Assembly: GCA_029838215.1 (NCBI GenBank)
Contig: JALGVI010000096.1
Location: 1 to 10,309 of the forward strand
DNA from: Candidatus Helarchaeota archaeon
GTDB lineage: Archaea; Asgardarchaeota; Lokiarchaeia; Helarchaeales; RDOG01
DNA length: 10,309 bases
Direction: 5' to 3'
Part shown: positions 7,176 to 10,309 of the stretch, in pieces
How the letters are laid out: each line of letters opens with the position of its first letter
Position numbering within the stretch: position 1 is the stretch's first letter
Notes under the pieces: model-generated
Told to the model about the DNA's origin: nothing
What the model saw: only the letters and a program-made list of their open reading frames with translations
Databases searched by the model: none
Made by a program: the position numbers and the translations under genes

Positions 7176-8078
7176 ATGAAAATTTTCAGAATGCTTTTAC
7201 TAAAAGATTACGTGACGTTGGGGAATTGCGTATGTGGGGCTCTTTCAATTTGTTTTTCAATATTAGGATTATTCACACCTCGAGATCTACCGTGGGGGTT
7301 TTGGTTTTCTTCAGCGTTCATTTTCTTGGGAATGGCATTTGACCTTGCAGATGGTTGGGTTGCACGGAAATTGAATCAAGCAAATGAAATCGGAGTTCAA
7401 ATAGATTCGCTTTCGGATGAAATTACTTTTGTCGTTGCTCCTGGAATCCTCGTTTTTTCATACTTTGGTATCTATTGGAATCCATATACACCTCCAAATC
7501 CGCTTTTCTTGATTCACATGTTGTTAATCATTTTCGGTGTTTGTTTCTTGATCGCTTGTGGAACAACAAGATTGGCTTGGTTTAACGTGGAAGACACCGA
7601 AGGGTATCAGGGTTTACCAACGCCAATGACAGCACTAATGGTGGTTGCACTATATTGGAATGATCTTTTTGCAAGGTATAATGGATTACCGGGTTCGGAT
7701 ATAACGGGTATTTATCTTTATCTAAATATTTTCTTTCTGTCCTTTAGCCTTCCAGTAGTGCTTCTCTTCTTCCTGATTCTATTTGGGTTTTGTAACATCA
7801 GTGATTATTTGCGGTATAGTGATAGAATAAGAAAAAAAACCGGTTTCATCCTCCCACTCATAATCATCACCAGTGCAGTAGGCATATTTTTCGGTCTGAC
7901 TAATTTTGGAATTGCTACAATTAATGCACTGAATCCCGCTATTACATTAGAGTTCAAAGTTTTTTCATTATTCGTTCACATTTTGGTATTCTTATTCATA
8001 TGTGCAGGATTGGGATATATAGGGTTGGGATTCAAGACATACTTGAACCAACGGAAGAATCAAAATTCAGAAAAATAA
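7176..8078 (+). CDS. pssA: CDP-alcohol phosphatidyltransferase, PssA type II (archaetidylserine/phosphatidylserine synthase-like), 300 aa membrane protein
   Basis: CDP-AP signature DLADGWVARKLNQANEIGVQIDSLSD. PssA-subfamily features: TLGN at the N-terminus, RLAWFNV and YQGLPTP. Multiple hydrophobic segments. The head-group substrate is inferred. Confidence 0.83.
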   Translation: MKIFRMLLLKDYVTLGNCVCGALSICFSILGLFTPRDLPWGFWFSSAFIFLGMAFDLADGWVARKLNQANEIGVQIDSLSDEITFVVAPGILVFSYFGIYWNPYTPPNPLFLIHMLLIIFGVCFLIACGTTRLAWFNVEDTEGYQGLPTPMTALMVVALYWNDLFARYNGLPGSDITGIYLYLNIFFLSFSLPVVLLFFLILFGFCNISDYLRYSDRIRKKTGFILPLIIITSAVGIFFGLTNFGIATINALNPAITLEFKVFSLFVHILVFLFICAGLGYIGLGFKTYLNQRKNQNSEK

Positions 8079-8135
8079 CTTCTTTCTTTTTTGCTTGATT
8101 TAATCTTTTAAAGTGGAAAATAAAAAATTCTCAAT
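8079..8135. terminator. Candidate bidirectional oligo-T terminator between convergent pssA and hisA
   Basis: Plus-strand CTTCTTTCTTTTTT at 8079-8092 immediately after the pssA stop. Minus-strand TTTTTTATTTT at 8117-8127 just after the hisA stop. Confidence 0.45.
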
Positions 8136-8858
8136 TTATTTAAAACGCGTGAAAATTTCTCTCAGGTTTAGCTTGTTTTCATATATGGCTTTACCAGTTA
8201 CAGCCGCCGCGCATCCAATACGTTCCAGATTCTCGAGGTCTTCAATGCCTGCAATTCCTCCTGCTGCAATTATGGGAATTTTCGTTTTTTCCACCATTTT
8301 TTTCGTGATTTCAAGTTGTTGTTGGGAAATGCCATCCAGTGTTCCATCAGCTTCAGAATGCGTGAATAAAATCCAGCCGGCATTTTTTTCTTCGAGTAAT
8401 CTTGCATATTCAAAAATATTCCACGAGGATGCTTCTTTCCATCCCTTAATTAGAACGGTTTCCCCTCGATAATCTACAGCGACACAGACGCGTTGTTTTC
8501 CGATATGATCGACCAAATCTTTGACGAAATCGGGTTCTTTAATGGCTTTCGTTCCGATGATTATCCGCTCAATGCCCCAAGAACATAATTTTTCGGCTTT
8601 TTCGAGGCTTCGGATTCCCCCTCCGACCTGAATCTTCATGTCAATGGAAGACGCGATCTTCTTTATGATTTCGAGATTTTCACCGGATCCAAATGCACCA
8701 TTCAAATCAACAATGTGAAGCTCAGTTGCACCTTGTTCTTGAAAATAAAAAGCAGCATCGAGAGGATTTTCGTGATAGACCGTGACCCTGTCTTCCATCC
8801 CTTTAAAAAGACGCACGCATTTCCTGTCTTTAATGTCAATGGCAGGAATAACTATCAT
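8136..8858 (-). CDS. hisA: ProFAR isomerase (phosphoribosylformimino-5-aminoimidazole carboxamide ribotide isomerase), 240 aa
   Basis: MIVIPAIDIKDRKCVRL (Asp8), LHIVDLNGA, IQVGGGIRS, IIGTKA, VAVD, KGW, ADGTLDG, IIAAGGIAGIEDL and TGKAIYE: the canonical (beta/alpha)8 HisA pattern. SD-like GAAGGATGA at 8862-8870. Confidence 0.95.
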   Translation of the reverse strand: MIVIPAIDIKDRKCVRLFKGMEDRVTVYHENPLDAAFYFQEQGATELHIVDLNGAFGSGENLEIIKKIASSIDMKIQVGGGIRSLEKAEKLCSWGIERIIIGTKAIKEPDFVKDLVDHIGKQRVCVAVDYRGETVLIKGWKEASSWNIFEYARLLEEKNAGWILFTHSEADGTLDGISQQQLEITKKMVEKTKIPIIAAGGIAGIEDLENLERIGCAAAVTGKAIYENKLNLREIFTRFK

Positions 8859-8885
8859 TTTTCATCCTTCTACAAGTTCGGGCAT

Positions 8886-10019
8886 CTATACCTTTTCTAT
8901 TGGAAAATTCTTGATAGTTTCTCCAATGAATTCCATCTGGGATTTTGAAATGCTGGGATTGATGGGGATTGAAAGAACTTGTCGTGTTGCGTATTCGGAA
9001 ACGGGAAATGACCCGGGTCCTAGATCATAAAGTTCTCGGTATAGCGGCATGAGATGAAGAGGCGTGGAATAATAAACACCCGTTCCTATATTGTTCTTTT
9101 GCATGTACACGATAAAAGGATCTCTTTTTTCCACTTCCTCGAATTTCACGGTGTATAGATACCAAGAATGTTTTACATGAGCCTCAACAATGGGCGGGTT
9201 GTACGGTCTTTTTTCGATCTCGTTGATAATTTTGGTTAAATAATCCGCATTTTGAGTTCGAACCTTGATAAAATCATCTAGTCGTTTCAACTGGACAGTC
9301 CCGATTGCGGCAATAATTTCAGACATTCTGAAGTTATGGCCGAGTCGCGTGGTCAGGTAATTTTCAGATTCACCATGATTACGAATTTGGCGAATGACAT
9401 CGGCGAGTTCGCCATCATTGGTCGTTATCATGCCGCCTTCACCTGTCGTCATGTTCTTGCTTGGATAGAAGCTGAAGCATCCTGCATTTCCAAGTGAACC
9501 AACTTTTTTACCTTTATATTCCGCTCCGTGTGCTTGACAGGCATCTTCAATTACGGCGATGTCTTTCTTTTCTGCCAGTTCCAAGATGGGATCCATGTTG
9601 ACGGGATGACCATACAAGTGAACAGGCATGATTGCACGAGTCTTATCTGAGATGACCTTTTTTACATTATCCACGTCAAGGTTAAACGTCATTGGATTGA
9701 CATCAGCGAATTTTACTCGTGCGCCGGCGTGAATAACCATTGAAGCACTGGCAACGAATGAAAAAGTAGGGACAATGACTTCTTGATCCTTTTTTAGATC
9801 AAGAGCAAGTAAGCAGGCATGCAATGCAGCAGAACCCGAGTTTACTGCTATTGCATGTTTTACTCCGATATAATTGGCAAAAGCTTCTTCGAATTTCAGC
9901 GTTTCGGGACCCATATTTCTTTTTTCGGTCAATGTATTGCTTTCTAGAACCGCTTTTACGGCTTTCACTTCATCGGAACCAATTATCGGGAGATTTATTG
10001 GGATGAACTTTGAACTCAT
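8886..10019 (-). CDS. DegT/DnrJ/EryC1/StrS family PLP-dependent (nucleotide-sugar) aminotransferase, 377 aa
   Basis: AVNSGSAALH, VIVPTFSFVASA, IMPVHLYGHP, IEDACQAHGA, SFYPSKNMTTGEGGMITT (PLP-binding Lys), GHNFRMSEIIAAIG and LSIPINP. Confidence 0.93.
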   Translation of the reverse strand: MSSKFIPINLPIIGSDEVKAVKAVLESNTLTEKRNMGPETLKFEEAFANYIGVKHAIAVNSGSAALHACLLALDLKKDQEVIVPTFSFVASASMVIHAGARVKFADVNPMTFNLDVDNVKKVISDKTRAIMPVHLYGHPVNMDPILELAEKKDIAVIEDACQAHGAEYKGKKVGSLGNAGCFSFYPSKNMTTGEGGMITTNDGELADVIRQIRNHGESENYLTTRLGHNFRMSEIIAAIGTVQLKRLDDFIKVRTQNADYLTKIINEIEKRPYNPPIVEAHVKHSWYLYTVKFEEVEKRDPFIVYMQKNNIGTGVYYSTPLHLMPLYRELYDLGPGSFPVSEYATRQVLSIPINPSISKSQMEFIGETIKNFPIEKV

Positions 10020-10067
10020 GGGAATTGCTTCCTAAAGCAAACTATCATTCAAGCAGAATTGCTTTTT

Positions 10068-10083
10068 CATATAAACAAAAAAA
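10068..10083 (-). promoter_or_regulatory. Candidate T7 terminator of the upstream gene next to a candidate TATA box (TTTATATG) for the aminotransferase-hisA unit
   Basis: Minus strand has a T7 tract at 10077-10083 followed by TTTATATG at 10068-10075, about 50 bp upstream of the ATG at 10019. Confidence 0.3.
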
Positions 10084-10156
10084 TCTTTTAAAAATCTATT
10101 GCAATTTTTGCTTGAATTTTAAACTTGAAAAGCACGGATTAGCGATTTTTAGCCAA

Positions 10157-10309
10157 TCAAGAGAACTTTTCAAGCAATGGAGCGACTTTTTTTGCGATTA
10201 TTTCTAAATACATGGAAATTAATCCAATATTTGATTTCGGATTTGATATTGAGATGATGACGGTATGCTTGTCGATTGGTGCAACCATTGTCGTGATATT
10301 CTCGGCATT
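10157..10309 (-). CDS. C-terminal 50 aa of a probable Roadblock/LC7 (MglB/LAMTOR-like) domain protein; 5' end outside the window
   Basis: Not in the ORF track. Hand translation of the minus strand from 10309 gives NAENITTMVAPIDKHTVIISISNPKSNIGLISMYLEIIAKKVAPLLEKFS*, with TGA at 10157-10159. The pattern is two hydrophobic beta-strands, then the N-[IL]-G-L-[IV] motif, then an amphipathic C-terminal helix, which matches the second half of Roadblock/LC7 domains. Only about half of the domain is visible. Confidence 0.7.
   Translation of the reverse strand, partial: NAENITTMVAPIDKHTVIISISNPKSNIGLISMYLEIIAKKVAPLLEKFS

Noticed and set aside
8136-8858. Possibility that HisA is a bifunctional PriA (HisA/TrpF)
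   Set aside because: It has GGGIRS and IKGW rather than the PriA-type SGGIR and RGW signatures, so nothing in the sequence supports TrpF activity.
8862-8885. Minus-strand mini-ORF MPELVEG* starting immediately after the aminotransferase stop (TAGATG)
   Set aside because: Seven codons that largely encode the hisA SD. Indistinguishable from chance.
2438-10207. Remaining short ORFs in the track (e.g. 2438-2629, 2645-2839, 2862-3200, 3538-3825, 3833-4096, 5329-5631, 5400-5588, 6375-6557, 6488-6769, 6711-6893, 6820-7080, 8113-8472, 8715-8948, 8782-9030, 9824-10006, 10010-10207; also 1686-1904)
   Set aside because: All overlap well-supported genes in antisense or alternative frames, and none shows a family motif.
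10212-10309. Plus-strand open frame MEINPIFDFGFDIEMMTVCLSIGATIVVIFSA..., resembling the start of a membrane protein
   Set aside because: It is the exact antisense of the minus-strand frame that carries a recognisable Roadblock-like motif and a proper stop. I treat it as a shadow, though it cannot be fully excluded without flanking sequence.
1-10309. CRISPR array, tRNA, rRNA or long tandem repeats
   Set aside because: All intergenic gaps are at most about 205 bp and AT-rich, with no regularly spaced repeats or cloverleaf/GC-rich stems.

Overview
AT-rich archaeal-looking chromosomal segment, possibly Asgard/Lokiarchaeia-type (inference). It is a mosaic of mostly housekeeping genes. In order: a long-chain acyl-CoA synthetase (minus strand, runs off the left edge, absent from the ORF track); a divergent tldD-tldE/pmbA metalloprotease pair; a convergent, lower-GC vapBC toxin-antitoxin module (RHH antitoxin + PIN toxin) whose candidate TATA box sits inside an 11-bp inverted repeat; endonuclease III (nth); a MEMO1-family protein; a PssA-type CDP-alcohol phosphatidyltransferase; then, on the minus strand, hisA and a DegT/DnrJ/EryC1/StrS aminotransferase 27 bp apart. 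The last 153 bp carry the 3' end of a minus-strand gene, also absent from the ORF track, that reads like a Roadblock/LC7 (MglB/LAMTOR-like) domain. I saw no rRNA, tRNA, CRISPR array or transposase. No clearly new multi-gene system can be proven from the sequence alone. The best leads are the hidden Roadblock gene, the tldDE/vapBC juxtaposition, the vapBC operator architecture and the DegT-hisA coupling.
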